The notes beneath the pieces were generated by a model. That model was not told where the DNA came from and searched no databases. It saw only the letters and a list, made by a program, of their open reading frames with translations. The translations under genes and the position numbers were made by a program. A stretch of DNA of 64,000 nt. It comes from a virus (lineage: Duplodnaviria; Caudoviricetes). How positions within the stretch are numbered: position 1 is the stretch's first letter; each line of letters starts with the position of its first letter. The DNA lies in IMG/VR virus record IMGVR_UViG_3300044846_003573; one strand, 5' to 3'. Shown here piece after piece: positions 1-8,590 of the stretch.

Positions 1-6
1 ATTGTT

Positions 7-258
7 ATGTCGGAAAACAAAATACAAATATCAGAAAAATATAGAGATGATGTTAAAGGATTAACACATGATAAACTTATATTAGTTCCTTTGGAGGTAT
101 TAGAAAGTTTACATGATTTTTACACATGGAAAGAGTTTATTTCAAACCCAAACTTTATTGAAGAAAAATCATCTATTATTATTGAAAAATATGATAAAGT
201 AAAATTTTCGTTTGATGACGAATGGGATAATTATAGTGGAACACATTTTGGTTATTAA
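7..258 (+). CDS. hypothetical protein (83 aa)
   Basis: ATG-TAA ORF with phage-like codon usage; no recognisable motif. Confidence 0.6.
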   Translation: MSENKIQISEKYRDDVKGLTHDKLILVPLEVLESLHDFYTWKEFISNPNFIEEKSSIIIEKYDKVKFSFDDEWDNYSGTHFGY

Positions 259-260
259 TT

Positions 261-434
261 ATGTATTGTATTGTTAAGTATATTAAGGTAGATAAGAAAG
301 AATTACCTGTTATTATTTTAAATTCTCAGGATGAAATTTTAGAATTTGATGATGAGAATAAAGCTGAAGAATTTAAATCAATTCTTCAATTGAATTCTGA
401 CTCAGGTTACAGATACGTTGTCAAGAAAATTTGA
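261..434 (+). CDS. small hypothetical protein (57 aa, MYCIVKYIKVDKKELPVII...YRYVVKKI), below the ORF-track cutoff
   Basis: Translated by hand; ATG 261, TGA 432-434; fills the gap between the ORF ending at 258 and the tRNA promoter. Confidence 0.55.
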   Translation: MYCIVKYIKVDKKELPVIILNSQDEILEFDDENKAEEFKSILQLNSDSGYRYVVKKI

Positions 435-461
435 TGTTGTCCCAAATTTTGTCTATATTTG
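430..461 (+). promoter_or_regulatory. Bacteroidetes-type primary-sigma promoter (TTTG -33 / TATATTTG -7) upstream of tRNA-Arg
   Basis: TTTG 430-433, 20-nt spacer, TATATTTG 454-461; matches the established TTTG-N19-21-TAnnTTTG consensus. Confidence 0.75.
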
Positions 462-473
462 TGACAAATAATT

Positions 474-550
474 GCCTTCGTAGCTCAGTAGGATAGAGCA
501 ACAGATTTCTAATCTGTGGGTCAGGGGTTCGAATCCCTTCGGGGGTACCA
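474..550 (+). tRNA. trnR: tRNA-Arg, anticodon TCT (reads AGA), CCA encoded
   Basis: Acceptor GCCTTCG/CGGGGGT+ACCA, D arm TAGCTCAGTAGGATAGAGC, anticodon arm ACAGA-TTTCTAA-TCTGT, T loop GGTTCGAATCC. Confidence 0.97.
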
Positions 551-554
551 CATT

Positions 555-582
555 AAAAAAAGGGTTATTTAAACCCTTTTTT
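555..582. terminator. bidirectional intrinsic terminator after tRNA
   Basis: A7-GGGTT ... AACCC-T6 hairpin. Confidence 0.75.
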
Positions 583-593
583 ATTTTTTAAAC

Positions 594-600
594 TATTTAT
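594..600 (+). promoter_or_regulatory. putative late promoter motif TATTTAT
   Basis: 34 nt upstream of the ORF at 635; recurrent motif (see findings). Confidence 0.5.
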
Positions 601-634
601 AAATCAGTTAAATAAATTTTTAAAGAAAGAACAG

Positions 635-1252
635 GTGAAGGAACTATTACCAACAATTATTACCTCAGTCACATCAATTGTTATAGCATTAATAACTGCG
701 GGTTTCTTCAATATGATGAAGGAAAAAAGAGCGAAACAAAACTCAAGAAACAAACTTTCTCAACAAATTGAAACAGATGAAATTGTTCACTCTACTTTAA
801 GAGAAATCAGAAGAAAATATAACGCAGATAGAATATATGTCATTCAGTTTCATAATGGTGGAAATTTTTACACATCATCAGCGATGCAGAAAGCGTCTGT
901 AACATATGAAAGATGTTCTGATGGACTTGAAAGAATAACTGAAAAAATACAAAATGTGTTTGTAAGTCACTATAATTGGTTGATTAAACAAACTATGGAG
1001 GACGGATTATTTATTCACGATTGTGAACTTATCCCTGATATTGCAACAAGAGCTTTAATTAAAAAGTTTGGAACACAATCTATGGTTTCATTACCAATTA
1101 TGGACAGAGAAAACCATTTAATTGCTCTTCTTTGTATGGATTGGGTATTCAGTGAACATGTTGAGGTATACTGTGAAAATGAGGAGTTTACAAAGAATTT
1201 CAGAGAGGACTTCAAAAAAGACACTCAGTCGGTTAGAAACTTTTTAATTTAA
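635..1252 (+). CDS. N-terminal TM helix + GAF-like domain protein; possible T4 T-type holin
   Basis: Hydrophobic TIITSVTSIVIALITAGFF, then GAF-like LREIRRKYNADRIYVIQFHNG...SMVSLPIMDRENHLIALLCMDW; close to a peptidoglycan hydrolase. Confidence 0.55.
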   Translation: MKELLPTIITSVTSIVIALITAGFFNMMKEKRAKQNSRNKLSQQIETDEIVHSTLREIRRKYNADRIYVIQFHNGGNFYTSSAMQKASVTYERCSDGLERITEKIQNVFVSHYNWLIKQTMEDGLFIHDCELIPDIATRALIKKFGTQSMVSLPIMDRENHLIALLCMDWVFSEHVEVYCENEEFTKNFREDFKKDTQSVRNFLI

Positions 1253-2016
1253 TAATCTAAATCAAAGTTTGGGCTACTAGCCGTATTACCAACCCATCCA
1301 GCAGTATCTATTTCATAAAAATATTCGGTATTATATTCTAATTCTTCATTTGTCTCAACTTCTATTGCCATCGGTGATGCGTATACTAATATAGTTTCAT
1401 TTGTATCTTCATAATCTGTGATTGTGTCAGAGTCAATTTTGTCATATCTGTTAAGTTTACTAATTTCTGATTTTAATTCTTCATTAATACTAAAATAAAA
1501 GTCTAATTTTAATTCGTAAGCGTCGCTTTTTTGTTGTTCACCTGTACCACCACAGTCATAACAATCTTCAGTACCTCTACCCCCACAGGAATCACATTCA
1601 CTTTTACCACCACCATCACAATTTGAACATGTTTCACCTTCGTCGTCTTCACCTTCACCACCACAATCAGAACATTCTACTTCACCTGAACCATCACATT
1701 CACTGCAACTAATTTCACCATCACCACCACAGTAATCACAGCTTTCCTGAACTTCAGTATCAAATACATTAGCAATTGCATAGGTAAATCTTTCATTATC
1801 TACTTTCCATAATATTGATTCAAATTCTTTTTCACCATTATTAATGGCATTGATTAAAAATACCAATTTAACAAAATCCCATCCTTCTAACACGGACATC
1901 ATTTGTTTATACGGGCCTTTACGGTCATTTAATTTTCTTGATATTTGTGTAACATTTGTATCTTTAATGGATAAAGATAGCTTTTTCGCGATTTGAATTA
2001 ATTTATTGTTTTCCAT
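1249..2016 (-). CDS. protein with six DnaJ-type CxxCxGxG zinc-finger repeats, no J domain (likely start ATG 2016, MENNKL)
   Basis: CDYCGGDG, CSECDGSG, CSDCGGEG, CSNCDGGG, CDSCGGRG, CYDCGGTG. Confidence 0.75.
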   Translation of the reverse strand: MENNKLIQIAKKLSLSIKDTNVTQISRKLNDRKGPYKQMMSVLEGWDFVKLVFLINAINNGEKEFESILWKVDNERFTYAIANVFDTEVQESCDYCGGDGEISCSECDGSGEVECSDCGGEGEDDEGETCSNCDGGGKSECDSCGGRGTEDCYDCGGTGEQQKSDAYELKLDFYFSINEELKSEISKLNRYDKIDSDTITDYEDTNETILVYASPMAIEVETNEELEYNTEYFYEIDTAGWVGNTASSPNFDLDY

Positions 2017-2017
2017 A

Positions 2018-2031
2018 ATATTTATAAATAT
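2018..2031. promoter_or_regulatory. 14-bp palindrome ATATTTATAAATAT giving a TATTTAT motif to each of two divergent genes
   Basis: Perfect palindrome between starts at 2016 (-) and 2044 (+). Confidence 0.6.
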
Positions 2032-2043
2032 ACCATTTTTATA

Positions 2044-3732
2044 ATGAATAAAAAACAATTACACGAACAATCATTAAAAGAACTACGTAAGTTAGAATAT
2101 ATATTTGAGGATGCGATTGATAAATCAACTTTTTTTAACGCTAAAAACGCTAGAGCTCATTTACAAAGTTTAGGGTATAAAGTTAAACCAACATTAGATG
2201 AAGTTGGTGATATTACACCTGAGTTTTCTAGTATATTACAAAAAATAGGTTCAGCGTTTAAAAAAGAAATGCCTGATTTAAACATACAATTTGGTTCGGG
2301 TAGGGATAGTTTTCATCGAAGAATATCAGGTACCAGTAGACATAATAAAGGCAACGCTAATGACGTAGTTTTTTGGAAAAATGAACAAGGTGACATCAAA
2401 GAAACCGATAATGAAATATTGGATAAAATTTCAACGTTACTATGTGCCGCAAGAAAAAGTATTCCAGGATTTACATTTATTGATGAATACAGACACGGAA
2501 CAAGAAATTCAACAGGTAATCATTTTCACCTATCTTGGTCAGAGAATGGGAGAGATGAAAGTAGATTTACACCAAAGTTTTGTAATTCAATAAATGTGTC
2601 AAGTTTAGATAGTTTTGAATTTCCTGAAGTTCCAAATAATGAAATTATCGATAAAAAAGAACCGTCTAAACTTGATAAGTTTTTAGATTATGTTGGGTTA
2701 GGTGAATTGAGTGACGCGACGGCAGGTAATAAAGAAAGTCAAAAAGGACTGGTGGATAAGGCAAAAGAACTTTTTTCAGATGATGATGTGAAAGATAATG
2801 ATGAAGGTTTTGAAATATTTGGATATAAATTAGACGATATATTAGATAACGTAAAAAGTATTATACCTCAATTTGAATCTGAACAAAAGAAAAAAAATAT
2901 TTTAGAAACTCTTCAGATTAGCGATATTTCAGGGATGTCAACTTATGGAAGGAAAAATGAAAAACTTAAATCAAGAAATTTTTTTGTTATCCATCATACT
3001 GCTGGTAGGGGTGATGCTGAAAAAGTTGTTGGCATTCTTAATAGTAGAAAAGGTGGATTAGGTGTTCAATGGGTTATAGAAAGAGATGGGTCTATTGTTC
3101 GAACATTACCTGATGGAAGTAGAGGGGCTCATATTTTAAATTCAAGTGATTTCCCATCGGCTCCAAAAGGAATTAATAATTCTAACACTGAAGGTGTTGA
3201 AGTTGTTGGTATGAATGATGATGACATTTTACCTGTACAGGCGGTTTCTGCACTTAAATTGGTTAAATCTTTGGGGTATAGTCCTGATAGGATTTACGGC
3301 CATGGTGAAATAAATCCGGGACATAAAGCAAAAACTGAAGGTCAAACAATAAAACAATTTATTTTAAAAAATTGGGGTAATAGTGAATCTGATTATGACT
3401 ATTCTATGTTTGATAATAGGGGTGGTGATATTGAAACTGAAAAAAATAATACTAAAGAACCAAATAAACTAGAAAAATTTTTAGACTATGTTGGGTTAGG
3501 AACTTTTGTAGACGCTAAACCCGGAGATAAAGAAAGTCAAAAAGAGTTAGTGTCAAAAATCCAAGATAAAAAAGATGTTAAAGATACTGGTGACGGATTT
3601 GAAATTTTTGGATATAGTGTTGATGATATCTTAGATAAAATTGGTGATTTATTACCTCAATTTGAATCTGAACAAAAGAAAAAAAATATTTTAGAAGATA
3701 TTCAAAAAATTAAATCAAAAATGATTAAATAA
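2044..3732 (+). CDS. dual peptidoglycan hydrolase: M15/LAS-type zinc peptidase domain + Amidase_2 domain, each followed by a duplicated ~82-aa module
   Basis: SRHNKGNAND...HFHLSW (SxHxxGxAxD/HxH); FFVIHHTAG...EGVEVVG...IYGHGEINP (amidase_2 zinc ligands). Confidence 0.75.
   Translation: MNKKQLHEQSLKELRKLEYIFEDAIDKSTFFNAKNARAHLQSLGYKVKPTLDEVGDITPEFSSILQKIGSAFKKEMPDLNIQFGSGRDSFHRRISGTSRHNKGNANDVVFWKNEQGDIKETDNEILDKISTLLCAARKSIPGFTFIDEYRHGTRNSTGNHFHLSWSENGRDESRFTPKFCNSINVSSLDSFEFPEVPNNEIIDKKEPSKLDKFLDYVGLGELSDATAGNKESQKGLVDKAKELFSDDDVKDNDEGFEIFGYKLDDILDNVKSIIPQFESEQKKKNILETLQISDISGMSTYGRKNEKLKSRNFFVIHHTAGRGDAEKVVGILNSRKGGLGVQWVIERDGSIVRTLPDGSRGAHILNSSDFPSAPKGINNSNTEGVEVVGMNDDDILPVQAVSALKLVKSLGYSPDRIYGHGEINPGHKAKTEGQTIKQFILKNWGNSESDYDYSMFDNRGGDIETEKNNTKEPNKLEKFLDYVGLGTFVDAKPGDKESQKELVSKIQDKKDVKDTGDGFEIFGYSVDDILDKIGDLLPQFESEQKKKNILEDIQKIKSKMIK
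2656..3696 (+). repeat. internal duplication 2656-2907 / 3454-3696, including an exact 44-nt repeat at 2864-2907 and 3653-3696
   Basis: KEPxKLxKFLDYVGLG...GFEIFGY...DDILD...PQFESEQKKKNILE occurs twice. Confidence 0.9.
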
Positions 3733-3758
3733 AAAAAGGGACTAAAAAGTCCCTTTTT
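3731..3758. terminator. bidirectional intrinsic terminator between hydrolase and tmRNA
   Basis: AAAAAGGGACT-AAAA-AGTCCCTTTTT. Confidence 0.85.
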
Positions 3759-3761
3759 AAT

Positions 3762-4156
3762 TGGTGGAGATGCGGGGATTCGAACCCCGGTCCAAATATG
3801 TCGACCATAAAACACTACACGTTTAGGTCATTGTTTTTCTAAACAATCCGAAACTTCACAATTCCCTTATTTTATAGTGGTTCGGTTTACTGAGAACTAA
3901 TCCTCCACTTTGTTCCTTTTCGGATAGAAACCACACCACGGTACAAGCTTCTGTTGCAAGGTTATATGCTCACCGACCCCGTTGTATACTAATCTTAGAT
4001 TAGGCTACAGTTACTTCTTCAGTACGGATTAAACCGAGTGTAGAAAGTTTTGCAATTGTGTTGCCGTTTGTGTTTTAAACCAGTTTTACAGGGTTAGTTT
4101 AGCCCCGACGTGCGTTTTATGACAGATTCATACCTGTCAAATCCAAAAACATCCCC
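3762..4156 (-). ncRNA. ssrA: tmRNA (SsrA), 395 nt; predicted tag (A)GNTIAKLSTLGLIRTEEVTVA* at 4065-4000
   Basis: 5' GGGGATG...GGATTTGAC pairs with 3' CATCTCC-ACCA with a G3:U wobble; T loop GGTTCGAATCC; internal frame opening with GGC and ending TAA. Confidence 0.93.
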
Positions 4157-4178
4157 ATATACTCAAAGAACTATGTTA

Positions 4179-4210
4179 CAAAGATATAAATATATTCTTC
4201 TTTTACCAAG
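4179..4210 (-). promoter_or_regulatory. Bacteroidetes-type promoter for tmRNA
   Basis: Minus strand CTTG (4210-4207), 20 nt, TATCTTTG (4186-4179). Confidence 0.6.
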
Positions 4211-4217
4211 TATTTAT
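4211..4217 (+). promoter_or_regulatory. putative late promoter motif TATTTAT
   Basis: 14 nt upstream of ATG 4232. Confidence 0.55.
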
Positions 4218-4231
4218 TAAAAAAAAGTTTA

Positions 4232-5311
4232 ATGAGTCAACTTTATCAGGCATTAAAAGATTTTACGGAAGATTTAGTTACTGCAAATTTTGTTAGGTAC
4301 GAAGACGATGAGGATATTTTACGTATTACAAGAATAAATGAAAAAAATCTTGGTAAGTCTTTGGTTTATTTAACGTTTGATAGTGATGATTATGTTGACC
4401 TTTTCACTAGAAATAATGATGAAACTAATAACGGTTATTTAATTAGAGTTGCTTTCCAAGGGGGGTATTATGGAGGTAATGTTTTTGTTGATGATTATTC
4501 CATGGATTATGATTGGGATGAGGGTTATTTACTACACTATTTCAATGATGAGAATTTAGATAGGGTTAAACAAATAGTAAAAATATTAAGACCTAGTCTT
4601 TCCGTTGAGGATTTAAGAAATCATAACGATAAAGTTATTGAAATTTGTAAGTGGTTAAAAAATGAATTTTCAAATGAGATAGATAGTATTATTTACGATT
4701 ATTCAAGTGAATATGATGAAGCCTTGGTTAAAGGATTAAGACAATATGTTATATCTAAATTATGTAACGCTTTACTTCCTTTAAATATCTTTGAGAAAAA
4801 ATGTACTAATCTCTACATGACAACTGTATCAATTCTTTTAAATACTTGGGATAAGTCTGGTGAAGACAAAGACGCTAAACTTTCAGATATGTTAAAAACA
4901 AGTATTGACCAATTGGGAATACAGTTTGATGAAGATTTATATGAAGATTATTATGCTTATTTTGATAGTCAAAATTATGATGATGAAGGTTTTAACAGAA
5001 GTGTAACTTGGAATCTTGATAAAATCATGGAAAAAATTGAAAATAGTGATAATATTGATTCTTATCGTAAAAACTCTGAAACACTTGAAAAACTATCAAA
5101 GTTAAAGTATGGTGAATTTAATAGATGGTATGAATTTCCTTCACAAAAAACATTTGGTGAAAAGACACCAAACAAATTCATAATTCAAGATGTTGATGAC
5201 GGAAAAATACTCATTACATATAGTAATCATAGTAAAAATGAATTTAACCAAACCGTTAAAATTGATTATGATACTTTCTTAAATTTTTTATATCATCCTG
5301 AATTGTTTTAA
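4232..5311 (+). CDS. acidic hypothetical protein (359 aa)
   Basis: Long clean ORF rich in Asp/Tyr; no motif recognised. Confidence 0.8.
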   Translation: MSQLYQALKDFTEDLVTANFVRYEDDEDILRITRINEKNLGKSLVYLTFDSDDYVDLFTRNNDETNNGYLIRVAFQGGYYGGNVFVDDYSMDYDWDEGYLLHYFNDENLDRVKQIVKILRPSLSVEDLRNHNDKVIEICKWLKNEFSNEIDSIIYDYSSEYDEALVKGLRQYVISKLCNALLPLNIFEKKCTNLYMTTVSILLNTWDKSGEDKDAKLSDMLKTSIDQLGIQFDEDLYEDYYAYFDSQNYDDEGFNRSVTWNLDKIMEKIENSDNIDSYRKNSETLEKLSKLKYGEFNRWYEFPSQKTFGEKTPNKFIIQDVDDGKILITYSNHSKNEFNQTVKIDYDTFLNFLYHPELF

Positions 5312-5338
5312 TAAAAAAATAGCTTATCTTTATGAGCT

Positions 5339-6157
5339 ATGATAGAAAATGTTGATTTTTTAAAAAAGGTATTGTCAATACCTACAAAATCATTTAAAGA
5401 AGATTTAATGATTGAATTTTTGGTTAAATATTTAACCGAAAAAAAACATAATTTTAAAGTTGATGACTTTGGAAATGTTTATGTCACAAAGGGTGAAATA
5501 AACGAGGGTGAATTTTACCCTTGTATTGTTGCACATACTGATACGGTTCATAACATTGACACAATCAATATCCATGAAGAACAACTTAAAGACTCAAAAG
5601 GTAATCCAAGTTTATCACTTAAAGCATATAACGATTTGGGTAACCCGACAGGTATTGGTGGTGATGATAAGTGTGGAGTGTTTGCCTGTCTTCAGTTATT
5701 GGAAGTCTTTGATGTAATTAAAGTTGCTTTATTTGTATCTGAAGAAGTTGGTTGTTTGGGTTCAAAAGAAGCTGACAGGGGTTTTTTTAGTAATGTAGGT
5801 TACGCAATTCAATTTGACGCTCCTGACGACTACATGGTAACAGAATATTGTTATGGTGTTAAAGTATTTGAAACGGATTCTGAATTTGAAACAAAGGCTA
5901 AAAAAGTTCTTTCTGAAGGTATGTTATCTGAACCAAAATATATGCAACACCCTTACACAGATGTTTGGCAACTTCGTAAAAAGTTTGACTTCTCTTGTAT
6001 CAACTTTTCAATCGGATATCACAACTATCACACACCAAACGAATATGTTGTTGTCCATGAAGTTTTTGCCGGTATGAATACAGGTAAAAAACTAATCGAA
6101 GAACTCGGTAAACAGAAATACCAATTCATACACAGTTCACAAGTTTTTAATTTTTAA
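5339..6157 (+). CDS. M28/M20-clan zinc aminopeptidase
   Basis: AHTDTVH, GIGGDDKCG, SEEVGCLGS, QFD, GYHNYHT metal-ligand motifs. Confidence 0.85.
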   Translation: MIENVDFLKKVLSIPTKSFKEDLMIEFLVKYLTEKKHNFKVDDFGNVYVTKGEINEGEFYPCIVAHTDTVHNIDTINIHEEQLKDSKGNPSLSLKAYNDLGNPTGIGGDDKCGVFACLQLLEVFDVIKVALFVSEEVGCLGSKEADRGFFSNVGYAIQFDAPDDYMVTEYCYGVKVFETDSEFETKAKKVLSEGMLSEPKYMQHPYTDVWQLRKKFDFSCINFSIGYHNYHTPNEYVVVHEVFAGMNTGKKLIEELGKQKYQFIHSSQVFNF

Positions 6158-6161
6158 TTAT

Positions 6162-6190
6162 AAAAAAAAGGGGGTTTATTCCCCCTTTTT
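6162..6190. terminator. bidirectional terminator between convergent peptidase and ClpC genes
   Basis: A8-GGGGG-TTTATT-CCCCC-T5. Confidence 0.8.
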
Positions 6191-8239
6191 CTTTCTTGGT
6201 CTTTTCACTTTTGGTGTTTCATCAGGTTGGGCTTCAACTTCTGATATTGACACTTCCTCCTCATTGATTTCAATATTGTAGGACTTATACATTACAATTT
6301 TTTCACGTAATACTTCATCTGAAATGTAGTCTTCAATCTTTTCTTGAATCGCTCTTTTCAAAGGACGTGCTCCGTAAACATCATCAAATCCAACTTTTGA
6401 AACAAAGTCAATTACTGACTGACCGAAGTTAATGTTATATCCCAATTTTGACAAACGAGATTTCAATTTGTTAACTTCAACCAAAACAATCTTTTGAATA
6501 TCGTCATTTTGAAGTGTATTGAATACAATTACCTCATCCAAACGATTGATAAATTCAGGTGCGAAGTGGTTCTTCAATTCTTTGTTTAACATTGTTTTTT
6601 TAAGTTCTTCATTAGCATAAACATTATTAGTTTTACTAAACCCAACACCTGCTCCAAATTCTTGCATCTTTTTCACCCCAAGATTTGAAGTCATAATAAT
6701 TAAACAGTTCTTGAAATTGATTTTTCTTCCAAAACTATCTGTCATGTAACCTTCATCCAACAATTGAAGTAATGCCGAGAATATATCTTTGTGAGCCTTC
6801 TCAACCTCGTCAAATAATACCACAGAGTATGGTTTGGTTTTAACTTGTTCTGTAAGTTGACCACCTTCATCATATCCTACATAACCTGGAGGTGAACCAA
6901 TCAAACGAGATACGGTATGTTTATCTTGATATTCAGACATATCAACTCGGATAAGATTTTCATCACTACCAAAGATTTGTCTTGCCAATTCTTTTGCCAA
7001 TAATGTCTTACCAACACCTGTTGAACCTAAGAATATAAATGAACCAATTGGTTTATTTGGGTCTTTGATACCTAATCTATTTCTACGAATAGATTTCGCA
7101 ATCTTTGTAACCGCTTCTTTTTGTCCAATGACTGATTTATTTAACTCTTCCTCTAAATTAATAAGAGCAATTTTATCATCTAAATTAAGTTTTGTTAAAG
7201 GTATTTTTGTCATTGTTGACACTACCTCGTAAACCAATTCTTCAGAAATTGTTTTTCTATTATCCAAAAGAGTTTGTTCAAACTTTTTCTTTTCAATATC
7301 AAGTTGTGATAAAACTTTCTTTTCTTTATCTCTTAAGTTAGCGGCTTCTTCGTAATTCTGTTTTTTAACAACAAGTAATTTTTGTTGTTTAATCTCTAAC
7401 GCCTGACGTTTTAATTCATCAATTATTTCAGGATTTTTTACATCCACCTGAGCTCTTGCTCCGACTTCATCTAAGATGTCAAACGCTTTGTCAGGGAACT
7501 CTCTGTCCGTGATATATCGCTCCGCTAAGTCAACACAGATTTGTAGAATATTATCGGTATAATTTACTTTGTGATAATTTTCGTATCTGTCTTTAACATT
7601 TTTAAGGATTTGTAATGTTTCTTCTTTTGTTGATGAACTAACAATTACTTTTTGAAAACGTCTATCCAACGCTCCGTCCTTTTCAATTTGTTTTTTATAC
7701 TCATCTAATGTTGTAGCTCCAATACATTGTATTTCACCTCTTGATAATGCTGGTTTTAAGATATTGGATGCGTCCATGGAACCTGAGGCGTTACCTGCTC
7801 CGACAATGGTATGGATTTCATCAATGAATAGAATAACATTTGGGGTTGCTTGAATTTCTTCCAAGATAACCTTTAATCGTTCCTCAAATTGACCACGATA
7901 CTTTGTTCCGGCAACAACTGAATTCATCTCTAATGAAAGAATACGTTTGTCAACCAAGTTTCTTGGACAATCACCTTCAAAAATCTTCATTGCCAATCCC
8001 TCAACAATTGCCGTCTTACCACAACCAGGTTCACCGATGATAATTGGGTTGTTTTTCTTTCTTCTTGAAAGGATTTGAGCAATACGTAATATTTCGTCTT
8101 CTCTACCGACAACGGGGTCTAACTTACCTTCTTCGGCAAGTTTAATAAGGTCACGACTAAAATTGTCTAAAACAGGTGTACTTGAGTTAACCTCTGCTTT
8201 TTTTGGTAGTTTCCCACCTTCTTCAACTGAATCTGTCAT
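6176..8239 (-). CDS. clpC: ClpC-like AAA+ ATPase lacking the N-terminal Clp-repeat domain (likely start ATG 8239, MTDSVEE)
   Basis: [25 protein letters not shown]-like [28 protein letters not shown], ClpP-docking VGF loop, GARPL. Confidence 0.93.
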   Translation of the reverse strand: MTDSVEEGGKLPKKAEVNSSTPVLDNFSRDLIKLAEEGKLDPVVGREDEILRIAQILSRRKKNNPIIIGEPGCGKTAIVEGLAMKIFEGDCPRNLVDKRILSLEMNSVVAGTKYRGQFEERLKVILEEIQATPNVILFIDEIHTIVGAGNASGSMDASNILKPALSRGEIQCIGATTLDEYKKQIEKDGALDRRFQKVIVSSSTKEETLQILKNVKDRYENYHKVNYTDNILQICVDLAERYITDREFPDKAFDILDEVGARAQVDVKNPEIIDELKRQALEIKQQKLLVVKKQNYEEAANLRDKEKKVLSQLDIEKKKFEQTLLDNRKTISEELVYEVVSTMTKIPLTKLNLDDKIALINLEEELNKSVIGQKEAVTKIAKSIRRNRLGIKDPNKPIGSFIFLGSTGVGKTLLAKELARQIFGSDENLIRVDMSEYQDKHTVSRLIGSPPGYVGYDEGGQLTEQVKTKPYSVVLFDEVEKAHKDIFSALLQLLDEGYMTDSFGRKINFKNCLIIMTSNLGVKKMQEFGAGVGFSKTNNVYANEELKKTMLNKELKNHFAPEFINRLDEVIVFNTLQNDDIQKIVLVEVNKLKSRLSKLGYNINFGQSVIDFVSKVGFDDVYGARPLKRAIQEKIEDYISDEVLREKIVMYKSYNIEINEEEVSISEVEAQPDETPKVKRPRKKKGE

Positions 8240-8287
8240 AAAATAGTTTTTATTAAAATTAAATGAATTTGTTCTTAAATTCAACTA

Positions 8288-8295
8288 CAAATGTA
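8288..8295 (-). promoter_or_regulatory. Bacteroidetes -7 element TACATTTG upstream of clpC
   Basis: TAnnTTTG match 49 nt upstream of ATG 8239; no clear -33 box. Confidence 0.5.
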
Positions 8296-8304
8296 ATTCA
8301 AAAT

Positions 8305-8311
8305 TATTTAT
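8305..8311 (+). promoter_or_regulatory. putative late promoter motif TATTTAT
   Basis: 16 nt upstream of ATG 8328. Confidence 0.55.
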
Positions 8312-8327
8312 CATTAAAAAAAAAGTT

Positions 8328-8570
8328 ATGGCAATCACAAAAGAAACAATCAGTGGAACAAATATTATTTGTGAAATTGAATCATCAAACATTACTAAAA
8401 CAGATTTCAACACAGAGAGTAAAAAACTAATTGTTGATTTTAAAACCGGCGCTCAGTATGAATATGAGGAGGTACCTCATGAAGTTTATACAAGATTTAG
8501 AATGGCAGAATCACAAGGAAGTTTTTTCAATAAAAACATTGCAAAGGCTTACAAATATAAAAGATTGTAA
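8328..8570 (+). CDS. KTSC domain protein
   Basis: IESSNI...LIVDFKTGAQYEYEEVP...AESQGSFFNKNI matches the KTSC pattern. Confidence 0.85.
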   Translation: MAITKETISGTNIICEIESSNITKTDFNTESKKLIVDFKTGAQYEYEEVPHEVYTRFRMAESQGSFFNKNIAKAYKYKRL

Positions 8571-8578
8571 TTAGTTGA

Positions 8579-8585
8579 TATTTAT
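8579..8585 (+). promoter_or_regulatory. putative late promoter motif TATTTAT
   Basis: 5 nt upstream of GTG 8591. Confidence 0.45.
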
Positions 8586-8590
8586 TATTT

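Noticed and set aside
2884-2897. A-rich run AAAAGAAAAAAAA in the hydrolase repeat as a frameshift site
   Set aside because: Such A runs are common in this Lys-rich genome, and there is no alternative-frame ORF or stimulatory structure downstream
8240-8284. N-terminal extension of ClpC in the ORF track
   Set aside because: Lies between the -7 element and ATG 8239; probably 5' UTR
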